Assembly: GCA_963205295.1 (NCBI GenBank)
Contig: CAUJIY010000042.1
Span: 679 to 64,678 of the forward strand
Length of the DNA stretch: 64,000 nt
DNA from: Pseudomonadota bacterium
GTDB taxonomy: Bacteria > Pseudomonadota > Gammaproteobacteria > Steroidobacterales > GCA-2729495
Reading direction: 5' to 3'
Part shown: piece by piece, positions 41,460-49,643 of the stretch
How positions within the stretch are numbered: position 1 is the first letter of the stretch
Layout of the letters: each line of letters starts with the position of its first letter
Program-made: the position numbers and the translations under genes
The notes under the pieces: model-generated
Told to the model about the DNA's origin: nothing
Databases searched by the model: none
The model's input: only the letters and a program-made list of their open reading frames with translations

Positions 41460-42773
41460 ATGTACGAGCAGCATTTCGGACTGACCTGCCGCCCCTTCGA
41501 CCTGGCGCCGGATCCGCGCTTCATCTACATGACAGCGCAGCATGCGCGGGCGGTCGCGAACATGAAGTTCGCGCTGCTGAATCGCGACAGCTTCGTCATC
41601 ATCACCGGCGAGATCGGCATCGGCAAGACCACGATCCTCAATACGGTGCTCGAGGAACTCGGCCCGGACTTCGTCACCGCCAAGCTGACGCACACGACGC
41701 TGTCGCACATCGAGTTGCTGCAGGCACTCCTGTCCGAATTCGGCATGCCGATCTACAAGAAGAAGAAGGTACTGCTGCTCGATACGCTGCGCGCCTTCTT
41801 CCTCAAGAAGCACGAGGAAGGCAAGCACGTCGTCATCATCGTCGATGAGGCGCAGAACCTGACCGGACCGGCACTCGAGGAGTTGCGCCTGCTCTCCTGC
41901 ATCGACACCGCCGACCGCAAGATCATCAGCATCGTGCTCACCGGTCAGCCCAACCTCGACGATCTGATCGATGCGCCCGGCCTCACCCAGCTGCGTCAGC
42001 GGGCGCGGCTGCGCCAGCGGCTGGAAGCCCTGAACGAGGAGGAAACCGTCGATTACCTGCGCCACCGCCTGGCGATCGCCGGCGGCCAGCTCGACCAGAT
42101 CTTCGAGCCCGAGGCCGTGCGCGACGTGCACCGGCTCACGCAGGGCATCCCGCGGCTGATCAACACGCTGTGCGACACCGCACTCACCGCCTGTATGGTC
42201 GAGAACCTGCCGAAGGTGACCCTCGAGGTCATCGACGAAGTCGTGAACGAACTGCGCTGGCAGTGGTTCGAGGAGCGCGAGGAACACGACCGCAAGGCCG
42301 ACGCCGCCCACACCGGCACCGTCGCCAAGGGACGTACACCGCGCGTCATGCTCATGGTCTACAAGGCCGGGCAGTTCGTCGAGCAGGTGCAGGCCGGCCA
42401 GTTCCCGTTTGTCATCGGACGCAGCAACGCCAACGACCTCGTCGTCATCGACAAGGAGGTCAGTCGCCGGCATGCCCTGATCGACTGCATCGGCGGCATC
42501 TACGTGGTCGAGGACCTCAACAGCAAGAACGGCATCCTGGTCAACCGCAAGCGCCGGCCGCGGGCGCTGCTGCGCTCCGGAGACGTGATCAGCTTCGGCC
42601 AGGTCGATGTGGTGTTCTACAGCGACCGCAAGGCTGCCAAGGACGTGGCGGGCCAGCACGCGGCGCCTGCGGCCGACGATGCCGCGACCGCCGTGGCAGC
42701 CAACACCGAACCCGCCGACGAGGTCGAGCAGACCGCGCGGCGCAGGAACCACGGCGTCCTGAAGCTCACCTGA
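41460..42773 (+). CDS. ExeA/GspA-like AAA ATPase of PEP-CTERM loci fused to a C-terminal FHA domain
   Basis: 437 aa. N-terminal about 270 aa: MYEQHFGL..PF, Walker A GEIGIGKT, Walker B VVIIVDEAQNL, GIPRLINTLC (the ExeA-like pattern found in the PEP-CTERM locus ATPase family). C-terminal: FPFVIGRSNANDLVIDKEVSRRHALIDCIGGIYVVEDLNSKNGILVN (FHA pattern). Confidence 0.85.
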   Translation: MYEQHFGLTCRPFDLAPDPRFIYMTAQHARAVANMKFALLNRDSFVIITGEIGIGKTTILNTVLEELGPDFVTAKLTHTTLSHIELLQALLSEFGMPIYKKKKVLLLDTLRAFFLKKHEEGKHVVIIVDEAQNLTGPALEELRLLSCIDTADRKIISIVLTGQPNLDDLIDAPGLTQLRQRARLRQRLEALNEEETVDYLRHRLAIAGGQLDQIFEPEAVRDVHRLTQGIPRLINTLCDTALTACMVENLPKVTLEVIDEVVNELRWQWFEEREEHDRKADAAHTGTVAKGRTPRVMLMVYKAGQFVEQVQAGQFPFVIGRSNANDLVVIDKEVSRRHALIDCIGGIYVVEDLNSKNGILVNRKRRPRALLRSGDVISFGQVDVVFYSDRKAAKDVAGQHAAPAADDAATAVAANTEPADEVEQTARRRNHGVLKLT

Positions 42774-42794
42774 CCGTTCTGCCGGCTGACAGGT

Positions 42795-42870
42795 TGGTAG
42801 GCGCGGGTAGGGATCGAACCTCCGACCTCTGCCGTGTTTCGGCAGCGCTCTGCCACTGAGCTACGCGCCT
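42795..42870 (-). pseudogene. degenerate tRNA-Val-like sequence (probable tRNA pseudogene or tRNA-like element)
   Basis: Minus strand reads AGGCGCGTAGCTCAGTGGCAGAGCGCTGCCGAAACACGGCAGAGGTCGGAGGTTCGATCCCTACCCGCGCCTACCA. It is clearly paralogous to the tRNA-Val at 41267-41341. However, the anticodon loop is GAAACAC (A instead of the near-universal U33), the T stem has a G-A mismatch, and there is one extra nucleotide between the T stem and the acceptor stem. Confidence 0.6.
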
Positions 42871-42901
42871 GTGCTGAATATTCCCGTGCCCGACGCGCCG
42901 C

Positions 42902-44401
42902 TCAGGCGACATCGCGCTTCTTGCCCGCCGCCAGGGAAACCGCCCCGGGCTCGCGCCCGTGCGACGCAGGATCGGCCGGCCTGGGGCCCGCCATGCTGAC
43001 CGCACGACCCCAGAGCACGACTTCGACCGTCTGCATCACGATGAACAGGTCGAACAGGAAGTTCGTGTTCTTGATATAGAACAGGTCGTACTTCAGCTTC
43101 TCGGCAGCATCCTCGACGGACGCGCCGTACGGGAAATTGAGCTGCGCCCAGCCCGCCAGGCCGGGCGGCACGCAGTGCCGGTAATCATACAGCGCGATGT
43201 GTGCCGTCAGCTTCTCGACGAACTCCGGACGTTCCGGCCGGGGACCGACGATGCTCATCTCGCCGCGGATGACGTTGACCAGTTGTGGCAGCTCATCGAT
43301 GCGGAAACGGCGGATGATGCGCCCGGTCGTGGTGACCCGCGCATCCTCCTTGCCCGACGCCCACTGCGGCCCGGAGTGCTGCTCGGCATCGACACGCATG
43401 CTGCGGAACTTGAACAGCTCGAACACGCGCCCGCCGCGCCCGACCCGACGCTGGCGGTATAACAGCGGCGCCCCGGGTCCCTCCTCCAGCCAGATTCCCG
43501 CCGCCGCCATCACGGCGAGCGGCGCACTCGCCACCAGCAGCCCGGTGGCGAAGATCAGGTCGAACAGGCGCTTGCACAGCCGATATCCCCAGCGGCTGTG
43601 CCCGCTCGCGGCGAAGATGAGCCAGCCCGGGTGCAGCACGTCGAGGTCGATGCGCCCGGTTTCATGCTCGAGAAAGTCGACGATGTCGCGGACCTCGATG
43701 CCGACGTAGCGGTGACGCAGCAGCTGGTCGGTCGGAAACACGCCGCGGCGATCGTCAAGCGCCACCACCACTTCGTCGAACACCAGCGCCTCGAGATCGG
43801 TCTCCGGTGCCAGCAGCGGCCCCATGCCGCGTTTCTCGGCGTAGGTCCGTTCGGCCGCGCTGCCAGGCACGAAGCCGACGACATCGAAGCGGCGCCGATC
43901 CGAGCGCCGGCGCAGCATGCCGACCTTGGACGCCACGCGGCCGGAACCGATCATGAGCACGCGCCGCTTGGCCGTGTTGTTGTCGAGCACCTGCAGCAGC
44001 GCGATGCGCAGGCCGCTCAGCGCGACAAAGCAGAGCCCCATGGCCACGGCGAGGGTCAGCCGGCCGGTATTCAGGTAGGGGATAAGGTAGAACAGCAGCA
44101 CATAGCCGAAGCCGCCGATGACCACGCCGACCAGCACACGCGCCACGCACTCGGCCGCCGTTGGACGCTGGCGCGCCCGGTACAGGCCCATCGTCAGCAG
44201 CCCGACCACGACACACAGCGCAAAGCCGGCGGCACGCGGAGCGATGGAGCCACCGAGGGTGGCGTGGGCCTGGTCCAGGTCGAAGCCGAAACGCAGCCAG
44301 GCAGCGGCGTAGAGCGCGATCCCAGCCACCCCGGCATCTGCCGGCAACAGCACGAGCAGCGGGTTGGCCAGATGGCGGGCCAGTTGGCGCCATGGGGTCA
44401 C
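42902..44401 (-). CDS. polyprenyl glycosylphosphotransferase (EpsB/WbaP-type sugar transferase, PEP-CTERM system-associated type)
   Basis: 499 aa with N-terminal TM segments, a central nucleotide-binding-like domain and a C-terminal bacterial sugar transferase domain (KRLFDLIFA ..., FKFRSM, DELPQLVNVIRGEMSIVGPRP). Confidence 0.87.
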   Translation of the reverse strand: MTPWRQLARHLANPLLVLLPADAGVAGIALYAAAWLRFGFDLDQAHATLGGSIAPRAAGFALCVVVGLLTMGLYRARQRPTAAECVARVLVGVVIGGFGYVLLFYLIPYLNTGRLTLAVAMGLCFVALSGLRIALLQVLDNNTAKRRVLMIGSGRVASKVGMLRRRSDRRRFDVVGFVPGSAAERTYAEKRGMGPLLAPETDLEALVFDEVVVALDDRRGVFPTDQLLRHRYVGIEVRDIVDFLEHETGRIDLDVLHPGWLIFAASGHSRWGYRLCKRLFDLIFATGLLVASAPLAVMAAAGIWLEEGPGAPLLYRQRRVGRGGRVFELFKFRSMRVDAEQHSGPQWASGKEDARVTTTGRIIRRFRIDELPQLVNVIRGEMSIVGPRPERPEFVEKLTAHIALYDYRHCVPPGLAGWAQLNFPYGASVEDAAEKLKYDLFYIKNTNFLFDLFIVMQTVEVVLWGRAVSMAGPRPADPASHGREPGAVSLAAGKKRDVA

Positions 44402-44621
44402 GCGGGCCGGCCTCGCACGTTCTGGATCCCGGATTCAGGCATGTCTGTTGGTGGTTGGTTTTGCAATGCCACGCCCTGCCAGACTCATTGCCGCCAGTGG
44501 CGGTCTGCTGGCTCGGGCCACCGGCAGTCTAGGGGCGTCGCAGGCCAGGACACCACCAACCAGGTCTCCCTTTTTACCCTGGGGGCCGGTTCACATAACC
44601 GGACCGTCCCGCCAGGCTGCG

Positions 44622-45305
44622 TCAAGGCGCCACCTCGATACCCTTCTCGGCCAGCTTGCGCCGCAAGCCCTGCAGCGGGTAATGGTGCTCGTAGGCGGCC
44701 CGGGCATGCACGGCAGCCTTGTCGTAGTCGCCGAGCTTGACGTACAGCAAGCCGAGGTTGTAGTCGACCTCGACATCGTCGGGCATCAGCTCCTTGGCCC
44801 GCTGGTAGGCCTCGAGTGCGGTGTCCGTGGCGCCGAGCCGGGACTTGTAGTTGCCATAGATCAGCCATACGGTTCCGTCTTCCGGTCGGAACGTGAGCGC
44901 ACGATCGAACCAGCACTGGGCCGAGCGCCAGTTGGGCGGGATACTGCCGATCTCGATCTCGTAGCGCGCCACGGCATTCAGCGCACGGGGGTGATTGGGG
45001 ATGGCGCGCAGGATGTAATCGAGGTCGTCCATCAGGTAGCCGGTGACGCCGCCCTCGAGGCGCTCGACGGCGGGGCTCCAGTGATGCCGTTCCACGTTCG
45101 GCACCCGTTCGATGTTGACGCGATTCTCCGCCTTGGTGTAATCCCACGGTCCGACCTCACCGTTGTCGAACACGTTGCCGCATTCATCGGTGTTCCGTGC
45201 CGCCTGACCGGACACGGGGCCGATCAGGGCAGCGACCACCGCCACGGCGGCTGCGATTGTCCTGACCGCAGCGGGTACCGGCGCAGATGGCAGTGCAATC
45301 GTCAT
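44622..45305 (-). CDS. secreted TPR-repeat protein
   Basis: 227 aa with a signal-like N-terminus and C-terminal TPR-like helices (ALEAYQRAKELMPDDVEVDYNLGLLYVKLGDYDKA). Confidence 0.55.
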   Translation of the reverse strand: MTIALPSAPVPAAVRTIAAAVAVVAALIGPVSGQAARNTDECGNVFDNGEVGPWDYTKAENRVNIERVPNVERHHWSPAVERLEGGVTGYLMDDLDYILRAIPNHPRALNAVARYEIEIGSIPPNWRSAQCWFDRALTFRPEDGTVWLIYGNYKSRLGATDTALEAYQRAKELMPDDVEVDYNLGLLYVKLGDYDKAAVHARAAYEHHYPLQGLRRKLAEKGIEVAP

Positions 45306-45347
45306 ACGACCTCCAAGGGACCCTGCGCTCCATCGCCAGCGAGGACG

Positions 45348-47567
45348 TCACAGGTATACATAGTACAGCCAGCCAGCAATCGCCAGCCATCCACCCGACG
45401 CGAGCAGGGTACGCACGCCGCGACCGGCTCCGAGCCGGGCGAGAAGCCACAGCCCCAGCACCTGCGCGACGGCCAACGCAAGGATCGCAGCGGTGGCCTT
45501 CCAGCGATACCCGATATGATCCCGGAAAAGCGGAAAGCGATCAGCAACCTCGAGATAACGTGCTGTCGCCGCGCCGACACGTGCATGCTGCGCCGCCACC
45601 GGGTGCACCGGTACGGTCGTCGCTGCAGTCGACGGCCCTTCGCGCGAGAGCGTGGCGCCATCGCGCTGCACGCGGACCGTGTGGTTCTGCCGCTCGATCG
45701 ACAGCAGCCAGTGCCCGGCGTCGCCCCGCTGCTCCAGGGCAACGGCTGCCGGCGCTGCTTCATCCCCGCTGCCGGTTGCCCAGAACACGGCACGCCAGCC
45801 TCCATCCTCGACGGCAACCACCAGCGACTCGGTCGGCCGGATCACGCCGGCATCGGCAACGAGGCCGCCGAAAGGCCTGCGCGAGCCCGCCAGGCGGGTG
45901 ACCGTGCAGCGCGGCGCGCACAGCCAGTAGCTGCCGATCGTCCTGCCGCTCTGCGGATCGAGCAGCTGGATTGCCGTGTCGCTGGATCCATGTCGCTGCA
46001 GGATCGTTCCGGGACTGAAGGTCCACACCGACGTCGTGCCGCCGCGTGGTCCCTCTGCGGCACGGCTGGTGTCGACCACGAGCAGGCCTTCACCGGCAAT
46101 TCCGACCACCTGTCGACGATAATAGCGCCCGTCCGGTGCCTGTCGTTCCACGTCGAGCAGCTGCAGTGACCCGCCGAGCGCCGAGCCGAGCAGCCGGCTC
46201 GTACCACCGGACCGTCCCTCTTCGCCCGTGTCATGCGGTGCATTGGCACCGCGCCAGGACACGGCAGCGTCGCGGTCGATGTCGCCGTAGGGCCAGTAGC
46301 CCGACGCTGCCAGCCAGTCGCGTCCGGCAGCCCAGAGCCATACCGCAAGTTCGTCGTCGTGCTTGTGGGCACGCCCGGCAAAGTTGGCCCAGGTCATGAA
46401 CAGCTGGTCGTCCGGCGCACCGCCTCCGCGCAACGCGGCGTAACCGAACTCCTCATCGAGCCACGAGGCAGCACCAGGTGCGCAGGCCACGTGGGCGCTC
46501 TCGGCCATCAGCGCCGCAGATCGTGGCGTCTGAGCGGTGTCGCCATAGCCCGGCAGCGTACCGTCCGGCCGGAGGAGACGACGCTGCCAGCATTCGGCGG
46601 CCCGGTACCTGTCACGCCAGGCGGCCGGCACGTCCTCGCCGAGCAGTGCCAGGTAGCGCATGCCGAGGCCGAGCAGATGGATGGCGAAGTCGTGATAGCC
46701 GGCAGAGTGCTCGAGGACGACACCGCCGTCCGCGACATAGTACGGGAGGTGCTGCCCGAGCCGTTCGATCGCCACCCGCACGCCCTCGGTGGTACCAGCA
46801 AGGCCCGGAAACGCGATGCCCGCGTGCAACAGCGCGAGATTCTGCATGATGCCGTGGTTCGTCCAGGGCGTGTAATGCGTGGGGGCTGCGAGCAGCCGGA
46901 CCGAACGGCTCACGAAGGCCAGCACGTCGGTGGCTTCGGCCACATCGAGATCGGCCCGACCGCGAACTTCGCCCCAGAGGCGTGACAGCACCAGCAGCCG
47001 TGCGGCGATGGCGTGGTCGTTCCACAACAGCCCGACCGGAAACCAGGCGGAATGCTCGAATCGCGCCCACGCCACCGCCGAGTCCCACGCCGCTGCGAGA
47101 TAACGTTCCTGCCCGGTGCGTCGGTAGGCTTCGAGCAGGGTGTCGGCGACGATCATCGAGCTCACGTCGAGCTGGTCGCCGGGCATGCCGGCAGCGAGCG
47201 CTGCCCGGTTCGGTAGGGGTCCGACCGCGAGAATGTCGCCACCGCGTCCCGGAAAACGCTCGCGGAGGAACTCGTCGGCCCGCTTCACCGCCGTGTCCGG
47301 TGCGTTCATGGGCGTGTCGTAGCGGATGTCGTCGAGCGCTGTGAAAATATCGCCAGTCGGTGAGCGACGCAGCGTCCCGACCAGGCCCGGGGTGACCGGC
47401 AGGTCGGCCACATGGTAGTGGGCGAGCAGCGGACCCCAGACGGCGAGCAGGGCCAGCAGCGGCCCGAGCAAGGCGACGGCAGGCAGGGTCGCCCTGACCA
47501 CCGACCGCATTCTGCTTCGTTCCATCGCCGTGTCGGTCGGCACGGTTCTGGTTGCCGCTGGAGACAT
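45348..47567 (-). CDS. membrane-anchored heparinase II/III-like protein (polysaccharide lyase/epimerase-like)
   Basis: Up to 739 aa with an N-terminal TM. The central region fits the heparinase II/III pattern (WNDHAIAARLLVLSRLW, NHGIMQNLALLHAG, EHSAGYHDFAI, HKHDDELAVWLWA), and there are two C-terminal TM segments. The start is uncertain, with several Met codons between 47510 and 47567. Confidence 0.68.
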   Translation of the reverse strand: MSPAATRTVPTDTAMERSRMRSVVRATLPAVALLGPLLALLAVWGPLLAHYHVADLPVTPGLVGTLRRSPTGDIFTALDDIRYDTPMNAPDTAVKRADEFLRERFPGRGGDILAVGPLPNRAALAAGMPGDQLDVSSMIVADTLLEAYRRTGQERYLAAAWDSAVAWARFEHSAWFPVGLLWNDHAIAARLLVLSRLWGEVRGRADLDVAEATDVLAFVSRSVRLLAAPTHYTPWTNHGIMQNLALLHAGIAFPGLAGTTEGVRVAIERLGQHLPYYVADGGVVLEHSAGYHDFAIHLLGLGMRYLALLGEDVPAAWRDRYRAAECWQRRLLRPDGTLPGYGDTAQTPRSAALMAESAHVACAPGAASWLDEEFGYAALRGGGAPDDQLFMTWANFAGRAHKHDDELAVWLWAAGRDWLAASGYWPYGDIDRDAAVSWRGANAPHDTGEEGRSGGTSRLLGSALGGSLQLLDVERQAPDGRYYRRQVVGIAGEGLLVVDTSRAAEGPRGGTTSVWTFSPGTILQRHGSSDTAIQLLDPQSGRTIGSYWLCAPRCTVTRLAGSRRPFGGLVADAGVIRPTESLVVAVEDGGWRAVFWATGSGDEAAPAAVALEQRGDAGHWLLSIERQNHTVRVQRDGATLSREGPSTAATTVPVHPVAAQHARVGAATARYLEVADRFPLFRDHIGYRWKATAAILALAVAQVLGLWLLARLGAGRGVRTLLASGGWLAIAGWLYYVYL

Positions 47568-47641
47568 AATCGACCCACCTGGACCGTCGCGACAGCCGCG
47601 CCGTCGCTGCCACCGGAGCCCTCGTTATCGTTTGCCCGGAC

Positions 47642-49612
47642 TTGGACCAGAACGCAGCCTGTCAGTGCCCGTCCGATCCCGTTCCTGCCGTTATTGTAGG
47701 CAACGCACAGCGCTGGGTCCGAGAACTGCTGCATACTGCACGGCGCCCGGCCGGGCCCTGCGATGCCGGTGGGTGGCCACGCGGCCATGCCACGCGGCCC
47801 ACGGAGCAGCCAGGAGAAGTGACGGTGGTGCAAACCCGGCAGGTCGACCTGCTGTCCGGCGTGGTTACGCCAGGACATGTGCCCTCAAGGAAACCGGATG
47901 CCGGGCCTGCACCCGACGGCCATGGCCAGTGCGGGGAGCTCGCCTTCCGGCTGGCAGCGACGCCGGCACGTCGCCACGTGCACGAATCGGCCCGGCGGTG
48001 GACCGGCTGCGTGGGTGCGCCGTACGCGAGCGACGGCGGTGACGCCACCACGATCCTGGCGCGCCTGTCGCCCGCAGACAGCGGCGGGCTTGCCAGCCTC
48101 GGCGGCGAGTTCGTGCTGGCGAGCTATGACACCGCGAGCGGGACGCTCCTGCTCGCCACCGACCTCTTCGCCAGCATCCCGCTCTACTACAGCACGCAGG
48201 GTGACGCCCTGCGCTTCGGCACCGATCCGGCGCTGGCACAGGCAACTGTCCGCCCGGAGCTGGATCCACAGGCGATCTACGACTACCTGTTTTTTGGTGT
48301 CGTGCCGGGCAGCCGCAGCATCCTCGCGGGCGTACACAAACTCGGCCCTGCCACAGCGCTGCTCTGGCAGGGCGGACGGGTGCGGACCTGGCGCTACTGG
48401 CAGCCGGATTTCAGGCGCTCGCGCGAGCCCCCCGGAGAGCTGGCTGAGGCCGCGCGCGCGGCGCTCTCGGCAGCAGTGCGCCAGCGCACGACCCTGCCTG
48501 ATCTCGCGTGCTTTCTGAGCGGCGGGCTCGACAGCTCGACGGTCTGTGGCTACGCGGCACGGCACATGGCTGTGCGCGTGCCCGCCTTCACGATCGGCTT
48601 CGACGTGGCCGGTTTCGACGAGAGCGAGTATGCCCGCATCTGCGCGCGTCACTTCGACCTCGAGCTGCACGAGCACCGCATCCGCTCGGGCGACGTGAGC
48701 GAGTGCATCGACCGGCTGGTCGGCGCGTTTCCGGAACCCTTCGGCAACCCCTCAGCGGTACCTGCTTACCTGTGCGCGCGGTTTGCGCACGATGCCGGCG
48801 CGCGCCACCTGCTCGCGGGCGACGGCGGCGACGAACTGTTCGGCGGCAACGAGCGTTACCAGAAGCAACTCGTGTTCGGCCTGTACGAGCGCACCCCGCG
48901 CTGGCTGCGCGCAGGAGCCGTCGATTCGCTGGCGCGCCTCACCTCACGGGCACCGGCCCCGTTCAGCAAGGTCGCGAGCTATGTCAGCCAGGCCCAGGTG
49001 GCGCTGCCCGACCGGCTGTTCAGCTACAACCTGCTGGTCCGCAACGATCCGGCGACGGTACTGACCACGGACTTCCTCCGCAGCGTCGATCCGCTGGGGT
49101 CCCTCGACTATGCCCGCCGCTGCTTCCGCGAGCCGGCCGGCGGCGATGTCGTCGACCGCATGCTCTACCTCGACTGGGCCGTGACGCTGGCGGACAACGA
49201 CCTGCGCAAGGTGCGGCGTGCCTGCGACCTCGCCGGCGTGGATGTGTACTTCCCGATGCTCGACCCGCGCGTGGTAGCTCTTTCCACCCGCGTCCCGAGC
49301 ACGGCCAAGCTCGACCTGCTCACGCTGCGCAAGTTCTACAAGCGCGCACTCACGGGCTTCCTGCCACCGCAGATCATCGACAAGACCAAGCACGGCTTCG
49401 GCGTGCCGGTCGGACCGTGGGTCAACGACGATCCGCAATTGCGCGACCGCGTCCGAACGCGGCTCGCGGCGCTCGCCAGGCGCGACATCCTGCAGCCCGC
49501 CTTCATCACCGACCTCCTGCGCCTGCAGGAAACCGACCACGCGGTCTACTACGGCTCGCTGATCTGGCCGCTGTTCATGCTCGAGGAGTGGCTGGCCGCC
49601 AACCGGTACTGA
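47642..49612 (+). CDS. asparagine synthetase B-family protein with degenerate/truncated N-terminal glutaminase domain
   Basis: Intact synthetase domain (PP-loop FLSGGLDSS, LAGDGGDELFGG, DNDLRKV). Only the distal part of the Ntn domain is recognisable (GEFVLASYD ... LATDLFASIPLYY). There is no Met-Cys start in frame, so the true start is uncertain. Confidence 0.78.
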   Translation: MDQNAACQCPSDPVPAVIVGNAQRWVRELLHTARRPAGPCDAGGWPRGHATRPTEQPGEVTVVQTRQVDLLSGVVTPGHVPSRKPDAGPAPDGHGQCGELAFRLAATPARRHVHESARRWTGCVGAPYASDGGDATTILARLSPADSGGLASLGGEFVLASYDTASGTLLLATDLFASIPLYYSTQGDALRFGTDPALAQATVRPELDPQAIYDYLFFGVVPGSRSILAGVHKLGPATALLWQGGRVRTWRYWQPDFRRSREPPGELAEAARAALSAAVRQRTTLPDLACFLSGGLDSSTVCGYAARHMAVRVPAFTIGFDVAGFDESEYARICARHFDLELHEHRIRSGDVSECIDRLVGAFPEPFGNPSAVPAYLCARFAHDAGARHLLAGDGGDELFGGNERYQKQLVFGLYERTPRWLRAGAVDSLARLTSRAPAPFSKVASYVSQAQVALPDRLFSYNLLVRNDPATVLTTDFLRSVDPLGSLDYARRCFREPAGGDVVDRMLYLDWAVTLADNDLRKVRRACDLAGVDVYFPMLDPRVVALSTRVPSTAKLDLLTLRKFYKRALTGFLPPQIIDKTKHGFGVPVGPWVNDDPQLRDRVRTRLAALARRDILQPAFITDLLRLQETDHAVYYGSLIWPLFMLEEWLAANRY

Positions 49613-49643
49613 GTCGGCCGGACGAACGCCGGTTTGCGGCGCG

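Noticed and set aside
41267-42870. The tRNA-Val and tRNA-like pair as attL/attR of an integrated genomic island.
   Set aside because: There is no integrase or other mobility gene. The similarity spans the whole tRNA with compensatory stem changes, rather than being an exact duplication of a 3' tRNA segment. The bracketed cargo is a single locus-typical gene.
47541-47565. Sigma-54-like sequence CGGCACGGTTCTGGTTGCC upstream of the truncated AsnB gene.
   Set aside because: There are 13 nt between the GG and GC dinucleotides instead of the required 10, so it is not a functional -24/-12 geometry.
47877-48518. An alternative-frame ORF starting MC... (47877) as the missing Met-Cys N-terminus of the truncated AsnB-like gene, which would imply a frameshifted pseudogene.
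   Set aside because: Its translation (MCPQGNRMPGLHPTAMASAGSSPSG...) shows none of the glutaminase motifs (HRGPD, GHRRL, NGEIYN), and I found no such remnants in any forward frame. The MC start looks coincidental.
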